In this document: one piece after another, positions 1 through 12,765 of the stretch | Layout of the letters: the number at the start of each line of letters is the position of its first letter | Numbering within the stretch: the first letter of the stretch is position 1 | NCBI GenBank assembly: GCA_002269645.1 | Contig: NIVC01000393.1 | Coordinates: 496,001 to 560,000, forward strand | Source: Macrostomum lignano | Lineage: Eukaryota | DNA length: 64,000 bases | Direction: 5' to 3' | Translations under genes and position numbers: made by a program | Notes under the pieces: model-generated | Databases searched by the model: none | Told to the model about the DNA's origin: nothing | What the model saw: the letters and a program-made list of their open reading frames with translations, nothing else

Positions 1-2601
1 TTCCTAAACGCCTTTTACATTTCTAATAAACAGACTGGTTGATAAACTATTTTTTGACAAAAAGTATAGCATTAACAATCAAGACACCAGTTATCAGTAC
101 AGTAGCTTGACTACAGAGACAGGAAAGGATTGATGGATGGAGGAAGTCTAAGCCTATAGCAGTAATAGCAGCACAGCAGGCTTTACACAGCGCTCATCTA
201 GAACTGGACACAAAGTTTTATTTGTTTGTTGAACGCGACGCGAGAGACCAAAGAGTGAGAGAGAGAGAAAGGAAGGAATAGAGAAGGAAAGCCAAGAGAG
301 GACGTTGATGGTGAGGCTGTGGGTTTTAGCGGTCTGCCAACTAATTCAAGCCCAACCAACCTCCCGTTGTTTGTTTAGCTCGCCCGCCATGTGAGAGAGG
401 CGGGGGCAGGGGTGCATGCAGGTTGGGGGCTGTTTGGTCCGTTTTCCGCGATCAATAATAAACGCCAAGGCCTAACACAACAGTCTAAAAACTAAATAAG
501 CCCCGAAAACGCGCCCAGCCCAGCCAGCCAGCAGCCCCGCCACCCCAAAACCGCGCGCACAAACACAAAACTGGGGGCCCCGCAAATAAGGGAGTGAAAA
601 CTGAGGGCGGGGTAGGCTGAGAGGCGCTGAGGCAGGAAAGTTATTGATTACTCAGGCATTCAGCGCCTTCCACCCCCCCCCCCCCCCGAGGCCGTCGGGA
701 CCCCCGTGGTGGCCTCCCTCTCTCCTCTGTCTCATTTTGTTTACCTTGTTGACTCACAACACAAACCCCGGCCAGGGTACGCACGCGCACAACATAAGCG
801 CCGGAGCGGCCGGACTAATTTCTACCGCAAGTCCCCTCCCTTTCCATTCCACACAAATTCCAACTGTTATTATTCAAGTTCATATGGAATTCATATAAGC
901 TGCCCGCAACTAATATTGCAAATACTTATTATAGCAATATTATTTGCCTCGGCCCTGGAGCCTGTGGAGTCTGAGCTGAACGAGAATTAACAATATAATA
1001 CTACTGCGGACTGACTGAAGCACTTTGTGTTTGTGTGCATGCGTATCTTGTGCTGTTTGCTTATGTTCCTAGTCCTACCTTTACATTCCCTTCCTTCCTT
1101 TTCTACATCTCCCATTCCCTGTATTATTAATACAGCCCATGCCAACAAACAGCCTAAACAAGCAACCACTGTACGAGTAGTACTGTACACAAGCAACCCC
1201 ACCACCTTGCCTCCATCTGCATAAAAAACTGTCATTGTCTAGGGGGGGGGGGTCAGGACTATTTCATAAGCTAAAAAGCAACACTTCCTTTTCTTCTCTA
1301 CATCCTTCAGCTTTAGGCCTTGTCCCAAATTCACAATATCACCTATGCAGCTATGCTGTGGATGTGGAGTAGCAACGTGTACGGATTGTCCCGTCGTTGA
1401 CCCGTTGTCTATTGTCATGTCAGCATAAGCCATAAGCCATAAAGCCGTAGGCAACATGTTGTATATGCGCAACTTAGCGTCACACTTTCTTAAATAAAGC
1501 GTTGTTGCTTCAGCAAAAAATAGGGTCTAAGACTCTAAGTCAAAGAAGAAGACACTCAAGTCTCAACGCTTGTACTCAGTATTACAGTTATGACTCAATG
1601 TTCAGCCTTAGCAGTCAGTGTATCAATTGATTCAACATAGAGATCACGAAATACACGAATTGGTGTCGGTGATTAAATACATCAAGCAAAGTGAAATTCA
1701 TTCATCAAACTGTAAACTTTCGCGAGATTCTCGATTCTCACGAGATTCAGTTGACCTTGACCCCGGCCCTGAATTCGCCTAACGATTGGCTTTGTCGCTT
1801 TAGTGACTCTCTTTTCAAGTGGGCGTTGTCCCCTCATGTGATGGTCGACTTGTCACTGTCAGTTGTCAACGTTGTGTTGTGGAGACAAACGCGTGCATGA
1901 CATTAGCGCGCAGTCGCACACTTTAAATCTACGGTCAGTGCTTTAGGCGCGAACTGGCACAAGTGCCGCTATGAGGAGTTGTTAAGTTGTAGTTCCAAAG
2001 CTTCAAAGCTCGTCCCATTTCATCGTACGAGCGTACGTATGATATGATAAATAATGATCGTGATAGTTGAAAGTTTTCACTGTCTAGTCTACTAATGTCT
2101 AGTGTCTGAAGTCTGAAAAAGTTTCTGAAGTTTAAAAAGGATGCATCTAAATCTGAAACAAAGAAAATTCGATCCATCATAATAGATCATTGGACTATTC
2201 AAAAGCATTGAAAAGAAGGAACAAACCAGAGAAGGGAAATCTCTCCGAAGCTCTACTCCAATATATTCTACACTACAATACACACAGTCAACACAGACCC
2301 AGGCAGTTGACGACCGCATACAAACACATTGGATTTGGAAAAAGGGGGACAGCTTTTAGAAGGCCTCCTCTCTTCTCCCTCGGGCCTGCTGCTGTGTGTG
2401 TGTTAGTTTAGTTTTGGGGACTAAACTAAAGCAAAGGCAAAACTGCCTTCAGCTTTGCCTGGCCTGCTTGGCGTTCTCTCCCCCCAACAGCCGCTGTTTG
2501 TGTTGTTTATTCAGCGCGTGAGGGGTGGGCGCGGGGTGGGGCGAGCGAAGGCTTGAGCGCGCGAGATAAGCATTTATCGGGCGGGGAGGCCCTCCCACAG
2601 T

Positions 2602-2665
2602 GTAAATACCAATCCATATGCTGTTTACCCAGTTATTTACCGTGGCCTCAGCCCCAACTGTTTAC
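2602..2665. promoter_or_regulatory. Cluster of four forkhead-type RTAAAYA sites upstream of FoxP
   Basis: GTAAATA 2602-2608, TGTTTAC 2622-2628, TATTTAC 2634-2640, TGTTTAC 2659-2665; CCAAT at 2609-2613. Confidence 0.5.
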
Positions 2666-3278
2666 CCAGAAAACAGGCAACTGAACCAACCCAACCTCCG
2701 CTCTCTTCCGAGGCCCTCCACCCCCACCGCAATACACAAGGCCTCCAAAAAGCGTTTTCGCGTCCACCCCCACCCCCTGCTTCTCCCCTTGCAGCCAAAC
2801 ACTGCAGCGCTCCAATCTTGATCTCTCCCCAAACCACCAACAACCCCTGGCTGCTTGCGCTCTCTGCCTCCCCTATTGGCGAGTCCGTGTGGACGAAACA
2901 ACACACACAACCCCTCCAACACACAACATATACAAACACTAAACTGAGAGCGCATTTAAAATATTCCGTTGATCAATTAAAAGCAGCAAGAGAGAAAAGG
3001 GGGAAGACACAAGAGGACGTCCGGAGGAGGCAGGTTACAACGATCAGCTAGGAGAAGGCTTTCCCGATACACGTACTTCTCAAGCTATTGCTTCTCCAAG
3101 CTAACAGGCTGAGGTGAAATCCCCTTTATCAGAGGTTGCTCTTTAACTGTCAATCAAAAGGCAGCAAGCATTTTATTCATTGCTGCAGGTGCTGCTTACC
3201 GTCAAACAATTTTTATTAGGCTAGAGAAATTGGATAGCTCAGGCTTTGAAAATTGTCAAAGCATCCAACGGGATCCAA

Positions 3279-3679
3279 ATGCAACTGGTCATGGACCTCA
3301 GTCAGCCTCATCACCAGCAGCAGCAGCAGCACTCTGTGAGCCTGTCAAACAAGTCGCCGTCCTCGAGTTCGGCTAGTCCAGATTGCGCTCAGGTAAAAAG
3401 AAAAGTTCTCTAAACATAATTACGTTCCTAGGTGGCCGCGTCACGCCAGTCTATTAATAGCTTGCGGCGTACCGCCCACCTTATAAACCCCAGCACAGTC
3501 AGACAGAAGCACCGTACACAGTTTGATGATTAAAATTGAAGTTTGAACCCTAGAATGCAAACCTACTCAGTGCAAATTGAATAGCAATTAGACTCTCTGC
3601 GAGCGCAATGGTAGATAATCACAAGCAAAATGTGAAGAATCGAAATCTCTAAACTTTTATACTTCAGGTACCAAAGCAA

Positions 3680-3710
<31 letters not shown>

Positions 3711-6700
3711 TGCAGGCTGCAGCAAATCAGCAGGAACTGCAGCGACATGTAATTCAGCTTTGGCAACAACAACAACAACAACAACAACAACAGCCTCAGC
3801 CCCAGCATTTAGGCCTGACGGAGCTGCCGACTGACCTGTCCTCCGCTGCTGCCACTGCGCTGCTACTAAGCCAGGGTGGCTGGGGCTGCCTGTACGACCC
3901 CGAGGCTCTATGGAAGCTGCGCAGCTTGCAGATGATGCAGGCGAATGCAGCCAGTCTGCAGGAATCGGCTGCGGCCGCACTTCAGGAGGCCTCCGGACTG
4001 GTGCGAAACGCCTGCCCGGCTGATTCGCTGACCACCGGTGGCACCGGGCAGTGTCGCTGGCCCTGCTGTGCCTACAGGAGTGTCTCCCAGGTAATTAGTT
4101 ACGCAGGCAGTTCACTGGGCAAAAGACGTTCGGATTAGGGATTGGATTTGAATTTGCTGACTCCTATTGCTAAAATCCTGAGCCTTTTTGCTGCCTTCTG
4201 CCAGTCGGACCTCGCCTCGCACATGTCCCGCGAGCACCCGCTTGACAGCGCAGCGGTGGGTCAACTGCGCGCCCAGTCAGCCTGCGTGCGCGCCCTCGAA
4301 GCTGCACTCGGGGACGAACGATCGCGGCTGGCTGCTATGACGAAGCATGTCCGAGAAGCCGCTGCCACCACCGCCGCCGCAGCTGCAAGCGTCGCCTGTC
4401 AGCAGCCGACAACAACAACAACGCGAGACCAAAGTTTGCATCACAACAACCATCAGCAGCAACAACAGCAAATCTATTTTAACTCTGCTCTGCTTGCGGC
4501 TGCTTCCTCTCCGATGGGTGGCCTGGTTCAGAATGGCGCCTCGGCGGCTGCGGCTGCGGCTGCAGCGGCGGCGGTTGCAGCTGCGGCTGCGTCTGTCTCC
4601 GTCACATCTTCCGCAGCGCCATCATCTGCCATCTCGGCGATGGCCTCCGGGGCAGCTACAGCGACTCCAACGACAGGGATGTCTTCGAATGCAGCAGCTG
4701 CTGCTGCGGCGTCGAGGCGGGGCCGACTGCCCGACAAAGCCGGTCTGCCGCTAGGAGGAGGTTGGAAAGCTGAAATTCTGTTAAACTGAAAAATGTCATT
4801 TCAAAATCGAAACATTTCAATCACCAGACTCTAATTTTCAAAACTTCAGACTTTCACAAGAATCGTGATTTCTACAACAAAAACGACATCCGACCGCCGT
4901 TTACATACGCATCATTGATTCGGCAGGTAAGCTGATGGTCTATCTTGCAAGCGATGGCGATAATCTTTTTTATAGTTTTTATTTACGAGCGCAATGCAAG
5001 AATTTCTGCACATTTTGACACTGCCGCAGGCAATAATCGAATCGCCCAATCGACAGCTCACGCTGAACGAGATCTACATTTGGTTTCAGCGCAGTTTCGC
5101 GTTCTTCCGACGAAACGAGGCCACGTGGAAGGTGAGAATTTTCTGTAGCACTGTACATTCGTGTTTTTGTACAGCAACCGAAACATTCGATTGCTTGCCC
5201 CGTACAAAGTCATAGTCTTTGTTCTTAGGCAAAGCTAATATTAGAAAAACACCATCTTCGAATGGATTCCCAACTCAAAGTAAATTATGGTTTGAATTTG
5301 AATAATCTATTGGATTTCAATTTCTTAAGGCCTATGACTCAGTTTTTGTGTTGTAAAATAAGTAAATTGTCCTGCCGAAACTGTCATATCAAGGGCTGCA
5401 GTTATAGCAGCACAATATAACCTTGGTTGATTGCATTGCATTGCTGCTTTCTGCCTCAAGTGGGTCAGCCGTCTGGACTGACGGGGTTCTTCCTTGTCCT
5501 TCCGTCCATGGCTGCCCCCTCCCCTCTCCTTCTGTCTCTCGTATTCCTTATGTTCCGCCTGCTAAGAAACAAGGGGCTTTCGGGTCGGTCATAACTGAAT
5601 TTTGCAACTTTTCCCTTTCTTCTTTATTTTTCTCTTTCTTTCTTCTTCAGACCCCCCCGCGCATGCGATTGCAGCAATGTGCGCGCCTGCGTGTGTTCCA
5701 CTTCCAACTAACAAGACTGAACTGGATGCACCGTTCTCCCCTCCGCTCTCTGCTCCCCTTCCTATTCCCGCATGCGCTTGTTTGGGCACGACAAACAAAC
5801 AGGGGCCTCGGGGCTCAGTTTAGCCAAGGGAAGGAAACACACGGCAGGGAGAAGGGATAGGAAAAGGGCTGCATCGGCAGCAAAGAGGGCTGCATCCCCT
5901 CCCCGTCCTCCTTGTGTTGGTTGTTTACTCTGCCAGCGCGCGGCCTGGTGGAGTGCGGAATGACGGCTTTGTTGATTCTCCAGACATTCAAACCCTTGCG
6001 CACAGGGGAACGCTGGGTTCCGGTTTTCTAAAGGAGGAACAAGGAGAGCTTTCGTGTGGGGGGAGTAAGCAAGGGGAAGGCGGGCAGTCAGTCGAGAGGC
6101 GAGTTCAGTGCTTCAAGCTAAAGCTTGATCGTGGAACTAAAGTGTTTCAGCAAGCCCAAGCCAAACGGGATAAACTCTCATTTAATCAATTCTATGCTGT
6201 ATCAATTCGTAGATCCAGTTTGACAGTTGACAGAAGAATTTGTTTGATTGAACATGCAACGAAACTGGCTCTGGCCTGTGATAGCCCCAGTTTGTGTTTG
6301 TTTTCTTTGTGCGTCAGCGAGTGGCGCTGGCGCTGGCGTTGCATGATTGGATCGATCTGGTCGGTAAATGTTGTGTATATTTATCTTAACCATTCCGTAT
6401 GCAAACCCAACCTGGAGGCGAGGTAAATAGAGAGTGAAGCCATGGTCGTTTGCTGTCAGTTCATGCTAAAATTCTGGGCAAGCAAACAATTTGCGAATGC
6501 TATTTTTAGGGGGAGAAGTTGACATTTTCCTGTGTCGTAAATTTTTACAGAGAACCATTAAGATAGAGAGAAAGAAACAAAGATTAGACTGACTACAAAG
6601 ACTAGGCGGAGGAAGGACAGGGGGGAGCCGCGCGGGATTGCCGGCAGTCGAGGGCGATACTTCCTCGAAATGGGGTTGGGGAGCCACAGGCAGGGGACCA

Positions 6701-8792
6701 GTAAAAGAGCCTTCCCAGAAAAGATGGACCCAGACTGTGAAGTCAAACGAATCCCACCACAAACGCTTCTCAACAGAATGCGGTCAGGCACAACCTATCT
6801 CTGCACAAATGCTTTATGCGAGTCGAAAACGTCAAAGGCGCCGTCTGGACGGTGGACGAAGCGGAGTTCTACAGGCGCCGGCTGCAGCGAGGAGCCAGCG
6901 GTGGCAGCGTCGGAGTCGGAAGCACTTTGTGAGTCAGCCGTGGTACAAGGCCAAGCCAATCAGCTTGATATTCATTCCAATACATGAGATTAACACTTTT
7001 AAGCTTCTGTAATAGAATGAGGTTATTGTGAACCCTAAGCCCGCCCTGAGTAGGCTACTGCTTTGAGCTGTTTGCGAGTATATATTATTTATGTACTTTG
7101 TACTTTAAGTTACAGTCGGTATTTCAGTGTGTCTATTACACTACTTTACCCTACTCCTCAGCTTGGCAACTAAGCTGAAGTAAAAGAAACACGAACAGCT
7201 AAAAAGTCTGAGCTAACGCAGCCGACACATAGACACAAACGCACTGGGCCAAGCTAAGTAGGTAAACTAAGTAAGGCACTGTGCTGTACACATTTGCAGC
7301 AGCAAAGTATGCGCTTGTACTGCGATATAAGGGCCAAGGGAGGCGTGTTGTTGACTGGGAAAACACAAACACGGGGGCGGCGGGAAGGGGATGAGAGGAG
7401 CAAAAAGGAGTGGGGATATAGAGAGCGAGCCACAAGATGGGGACAGAGGAGCAAGATGGGAGACGGCGGGGGAGTTGAAACCCAGGCCAGAAAACAAGGT
7501 AAAGAAATGTCGCTTTGGGGCGTGTAAAGTACAACTGGGCTGGGTCGCAAACAACACGGCCACCCCTTCTTACCCCCTTAGTCGAAAAACAACTCCCCAA
7601 CCTTCTATTCGATTCCTCCTTGACCGCAGGGCGTCCGTGAAGGCGGAGCTGGCAGGATTTGGATCGCCTGGGAGCGCCGATGCTACTGATGTAAGCAACT
7701 TGACCCTAAAAATAAACAGCAACATTCTACTTTTTCTACTGTTAGTAGCTCTGCGTACACAATTATTCTGGCTAATGAAGCCCAAACCTATTTATGCTTC
7801 TATATGCAATATAAACATATCGTTCGCAGGACGGCAGCGTTCTTGGCAAAGAGGAGCTGGCGATGCAGTACAAAGAAGAGCTTCGGTAAGTGCGGCGGAT
7901 TCTTGGCTGCTTTGCTTTGGTTTGAATTGGAAGACAATTGCATGGTATTGTTATTGCAGGTGTAAGTTTGGTGGTCAACCATTGAAATTAGGTCAATGGA
8001 ACTTTTTCAATGCAGCCGAAGTGGGGGTCAATGCAACCGAAGTGGGGGTCAATGCAACCGAAGTGGGGGTCAATGCAACCGAAGTGGGGGTCAATGAAAC
8101 CGAAGTGGGGGTCAATGCAACCGAAGTGGGGGTCAATGCAACCGAAGTGGGGGTCAATGCAACCGAAGTAGGGGTCAATGCAACCGAAGTGGGGGTCAAT
8201 GCAACCGAAGTGGGGGTCAATGCAACCGAAGTGGGGGTCAATGCAACCGAAGTGGGGGTCAATGCAACCGAAGTGGGGGTCAATGCAACCGAAGTGGGGG
8301 TCAATGAAACCGAAGTGGGGGTCAATGCAACCGAAATGCGGGTCAATGCGGCCTAAGTGGGAGTCAATACAACCGAAATGGGGGTCAATGCATCCAAAAC
8401 AAAGTTATATTACTAAAACGGATTGCGACAGGGGCCTCGCCCCCAGCCAGTAGTAGTAACACTAAAACGGGCGGCAACTCATGATCCTCATCTTCAGAGA
8501 CGACTCCGATCTGCTGCCAGCTAGCACAGCCGACTGGGGCATTCCAGCTGGAGCTGCGAAGCGCCTTCGACTCACCGATCTCGAGCCAGACGAGGCCGCG
8601 GAGCAATCGAACCACTCAATTGGCAGCAGTGGCCACGATTGCGGAGCTCTCCGACTGGTGTCGGCTGCCGCTGACGCCACCGATGATGCTGACGGCTTCG
8701 CAGACGGAGCCGTTGGCGAGGCCTCTATGGCCGATGAGGATGGCCACTACACTGGCGCTGAGAATGGAGTCGACGAGGAGACCGTCTTGTGA
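3279..8792 (+). CDS. FoxP: Forkhead box P transcription factor, ~611 aa, 9 coding exons
   Basis: Phase-consistent GT-AG exons: 3279-3392, 3668-4090, 4205-4760, 4850-4926, 5030-5131, 6777-6928, 7630-7690, 7830-7885, 8498-8792 (1836 nt). Encodes polyQ, a C2H2 finger ([24 protein letters not shown]), a leucine zipper ([26 protein letters not shown]) and a forkhead domain ([75 protein letters not shown]). The start codon is the least certain part. Confidence 0.96.
8018..8395. repeat. 21-bp minisatellite in the last FoxP intron
   Basis: Unit GAAGTGGGGGTCAATGCAACC, about 18 copies. Confidence 0.95.
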
Positions 8793-8968
8793 AATGACTC
8801 TGTGGGAAACGGCAGTTTCACTTGAGGCTTGAAATCAACCTCGTCATTCGAATATGGACTATGAACCCTCCCTGACTCTTGCGATTAACCTGTCAAACAG
8901 ATTGGTTCTCAGTTTTCATTTTCTCGATCTCTTTTGCCAGCCCCCCCCCCACATCTTTGGCTGCTATG

Positions 8969-9791
8969 CCAGCCTCCCAGATCCTCAGTTGCTGGGCCAG
9001 CCTCCCAGATCCTCAGTTGCTGAGCCAGCCACCCAGATCCTCAGTTGCTGGGCCAGCCTCCCAGATCCTCAGTTTCTGGGCCAGCCTCCCAGATCCTTAG
9101 TTGCTGGGCCACCTCAGATACTCAGTTTCTGGGCCAGCCTCCCAGATCCTCAGTTTCTAGGCCAGCCTCCCAGATCCTCAGTTGCTGGGCCAGCCTCCCA
9201 GATCCTCAGTTGCTGAGCCAGCCACCCAGATCCTCAGTTGCTGAGCCAGCCTCCCAGATCCTCAGTTTTTGGGCCAGCCTCCCAGATCCTTAGTTGCTGG
9301 GCCACCTCAGATACTCAGTTTCTGGGCCAGCCTCCCAGATCCCCAGTTGCTGGGCCAGCCTCCCAGATCCTCAGTTTCTGGGCCAGCCTCCCAGATCCTT
9401 AGTTGCTGGGCCACCTCAGATACTCAGTTTCTGGGCCAGCCTCCCAGATCCTCAGTTGCTGGGCCACCTTTTCAGATACTCAGTTTTTGGGCCAGCCTCC
9501 CAGATGCTCAGCTAATTTTCCAGCCTCCCAGATCCTCAGTAGCTGGGCCAGCCTCCCAGATCCTCAGTAGCTGGGCCAGCCTCCCAGATCCTCAGTTGCT
9601 GGGCCAGCCTCCCAGATCCTCAGTAGCTGGGCCAGCCTCCCAGATCCTCAGTAGCTGGGCCAGCCTTCCAGATCCTCAGTAGCTGGGCCAGCCTCCCAGA
9701 TCCTCAGTAGCTGGGCCAGCCTCCCAGATCCTCAGTTGCTGGGCCAGCCTCCCAGATCCTCAGATGCTGGGCCAGCCTCCCAGATCCTCAG
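8969..9791. repeat. ~28-bp minisatellite downstream of the FoxP stop
   Basis: Unit GGGCCAGCCTCCCAGATCCTCAGTTGCT with variants. Confidence 0.95.
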
Positions 9792-11049
9792 ATTTATCTT
9801 TCACACTCGCAGACATTCACCCGAGAGTTGCTTTAGCAAATCAGCCAATGAGAATACTGAAACGCATAAAAAATCTCTAGTGTCTGACCCCACAGCTTCT
9901 CTCCTCAACCGTCAACTGTCAGTTTTGATGTTAATCATTCCTAAATCCTGCTCGATATTATATTAATTATCCCTGGGCCTGCCATGATTTGACTTGTAAT
10001 TTTTTGCGCTGTTGCAGTCCCAGGCCAGATTGAAAATCCCTAGCAACAGAATTTCTTGACAGAATACTCGTAACTCACCTGCATTCTGCGCGGGCCTGTT
10101 TTGCGTTGCTTCTGCTGTTGCCAGCAGTTCTTTAATTTGAATCTTGCAATGCGGCAGTAATCTCTATCCCACCTGATGTATATTTGTCTCAAATGACCGG
10201 ATTGATTTGCTTGACTTGCTACTGCAATCAAGTAGCAAGATTGGAATGTCTTTTGCTTTTTTCATGCCTTTATTGCTGTCTCTCTAAGTCTTGCATCCAC
10301 GAAGACAAATTATGAATGCTACGTTCCTTACAGACTACTGACAGTACAGTTCGTGTTATAAAAATCTAATCTGTTCTTGAACTATTAATAAATTTCTACA
10401 TTTTGCGGTTCTTCCTGTCTAGTTTTGCTGTTGTTTAAATAGTTTTTCAGTATGACCACCCCTTCAATGCTTAAGGATTAATAATACGCGTTTTACTACA
10501 CAATGCAATCTATTAAATATCTGAAATCTGTCTAATTTAAGCTTACATAAACCTGTACAGCACTATACGGCCTCAGTGCCCATCCAATAGCAAAGCTCAA
10601 TCAATCAAAGTTTGTTGCCTTTACATGCATTTCGTATCAATTTTTCTATTATTAAAAGGCGTCTTCCTACAGTACATGTAAAAGTTCTTCGAGATACTAA
10701 AACAAGAGTGGTGTAAAGGTAGACGGTATTATTAAACCGAATAGAATGAGGCTAAAAAGTTGCAAAAGAAACCGGTTAGTTTACTTCGTGTAATTCGGGG
10801 CTAAACCATAATTTTAATTGGTTTACTCATACATCATAAATAAACCATAAACTACTTTTAAAGCTGGATCTTTTTGCAACTGAGAGATCGGGATTGTAAC
10901 GGAGCGTAAAAACATTACCGATAGCATAGTTAAATTCCTTTGATAAATAATTAATAAAAATTGATTACACCTGCCCTTAATTGGGCCAAGTGTGCAACCG
11001 ACAGCTCAGCTTGTTGTTCAGTCCATGGACTCAATTACACCCTCAATTA

Positions 11050-11220
11050 CCCCAGCTAATGCTGGTACATGTACGAGTACATACCAATTTTACAGATGGG
11101 TGAACTGAAGCAATGCAGAGTTAACTGTCTTGCTTATAAAGGACACAAATTGTTCTATAGTGTTTTTGGGAATCGAACCCCCGATCTTCAAGCTAGTCCG
11201 TGAGGCCGACGCTAGAGTCC
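11050..11220. mobile_element. Probable degraded remnant of a SINE/RTE-type interspersed repeat
   Basis: GCTGGTAC...TTTTACAGATGGGTGAACTGAAGCAATGCAGAGTTAACTGTCTTGC...AAGGACAC followed by GGGAATCGAACCCC. Resembles from memory a widespread invertebrate retroposon segment; single copy here, no TSD seen. Confidence 0.35.
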
Positions 11221-12765
11221 GAAGAAATTTCTCCAGATATCCTGCAGATCAGGTAGTACTGAATGCCGCCGAGAAGTTCATGGTATTCGCAATTCGGATG
11301 GGTGCCAAAACAATTCGTAGCATACAGAATGCTTCTTTGCAAGCATTGGCAGTTTCCCGGATTTATATGTGGTTGTCAGAATCTCGAGTCGTAAATTGCT
11401 GCTCATTACTTTTAGAAATCAGCGAGTCGCGGAGCCAGACTGTACTACAGAAGCCTGAGCCGGTAGCTGTGAGACCCGTAACCCACGGAGAAGCTGAAGT
11501 ACTTTAGCACCGCTCTCCGCGTCATTCTAAAGCCTCATCAGAATTTTCAGCTTGCGGCTTCCAGACGATGTCATTTCGTGCAGTTTGTTTAAGCCTAATA
11601 GCAAACGACGAAGCTCAGACTTTTAGAGTTTTAGATGTTTTCAGTGGTACTACGAGTATACTTTTTTATAAAAGAAAAGGTAGAAGAACAGGTAGAAGCT
11701 GGCGTTGAACGCCCACCAGCTGCACAACGGAGTAGATGATGGCAGCGGCTGAGCACTCGAATTCAAATTTACTCAAATAAGGTTTCGTACGCTCATAGTC
11801 GAAGACGCTCTCGCGGCTGGACCCGCCTGAGTGCTGCTCAGTCGAAGATGATTCAAACCTCTGAGCCGCAGCAATAAGCAGGAACACGACCACTCCGAAG
11901 AAATGTCACATTCTCACTCAACGCAACGATTGACCGAATGGACAGACGGCTTATACCAATAATTTGAAAGTTTCTTTGTAGTAAAGTCTGCTTGCCTTCA
12001 GCAGATATTTCACAGACCTTGAATGAAGTAAACAACACAATAATTTAAGTTTTTAATCCGAAGCAGTTGAGAACTATCATTTTGTGTCACTTTGCATCTA
12101 TTTTTATTTCATTCATCATAGAGGAACTTGGGTGTGAATTTGTGTCATGTACGCTCCCTATAAGGTGACGCTGGATTGTGACTGAGTCGTTTTGATTTGA
12201 GCAGAATGAGCAGTTGGATTGTAATTGTGTTCGGTTTAAGCGCTTTTCTAGTTACAAACGGTTTCATATGAAGTGATATAAAGGAGGAATTTCTGCTTTA
12301 TTTGCAACTTTCACATAGCAAAGCAATTTAAAGCCTTGTGTTTCCCCATGCAGGTATTGTTAATTATATTCATGCACGGTTTGCCTGAAGAAATGATACC
12401 TGGTTACTCAGTCAATCTTATGCCAAGTCCACCAACTGACTGTTTGATAACTTATCAGTAGCTGACCAAAATTTTCTTCTATAGACTGAAAGACGCTTTC
12501 TTCTGTAGGCCTAGAAAATCTCTGAGACGGCTTGATTTATCTTATCGCAGAACAGACTCCCTACTTTCTTGGCTATGAAGATTTTGACTCGACCAGTCTT
12601 TCGAGAAGGCGACAGTGCAAAGTCCTTCTCACAAGCATAAACTTGACTGTAACTGACTTAACCAGACACCCCGATAGTATAATAGGTGGTGCCAGGGGCT
12701 CAATTTGTTGACGCAGAAATTTGAGTTCCATTTTGTTCTTGCTACTAGAGGACGCAGTTGGCAGA

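Noticed and set aside
644-2955. Short ORFs upstream of FoxP
   Set aside because: Low-complexity, promoter/UTR-like sequence with no protein-like features.
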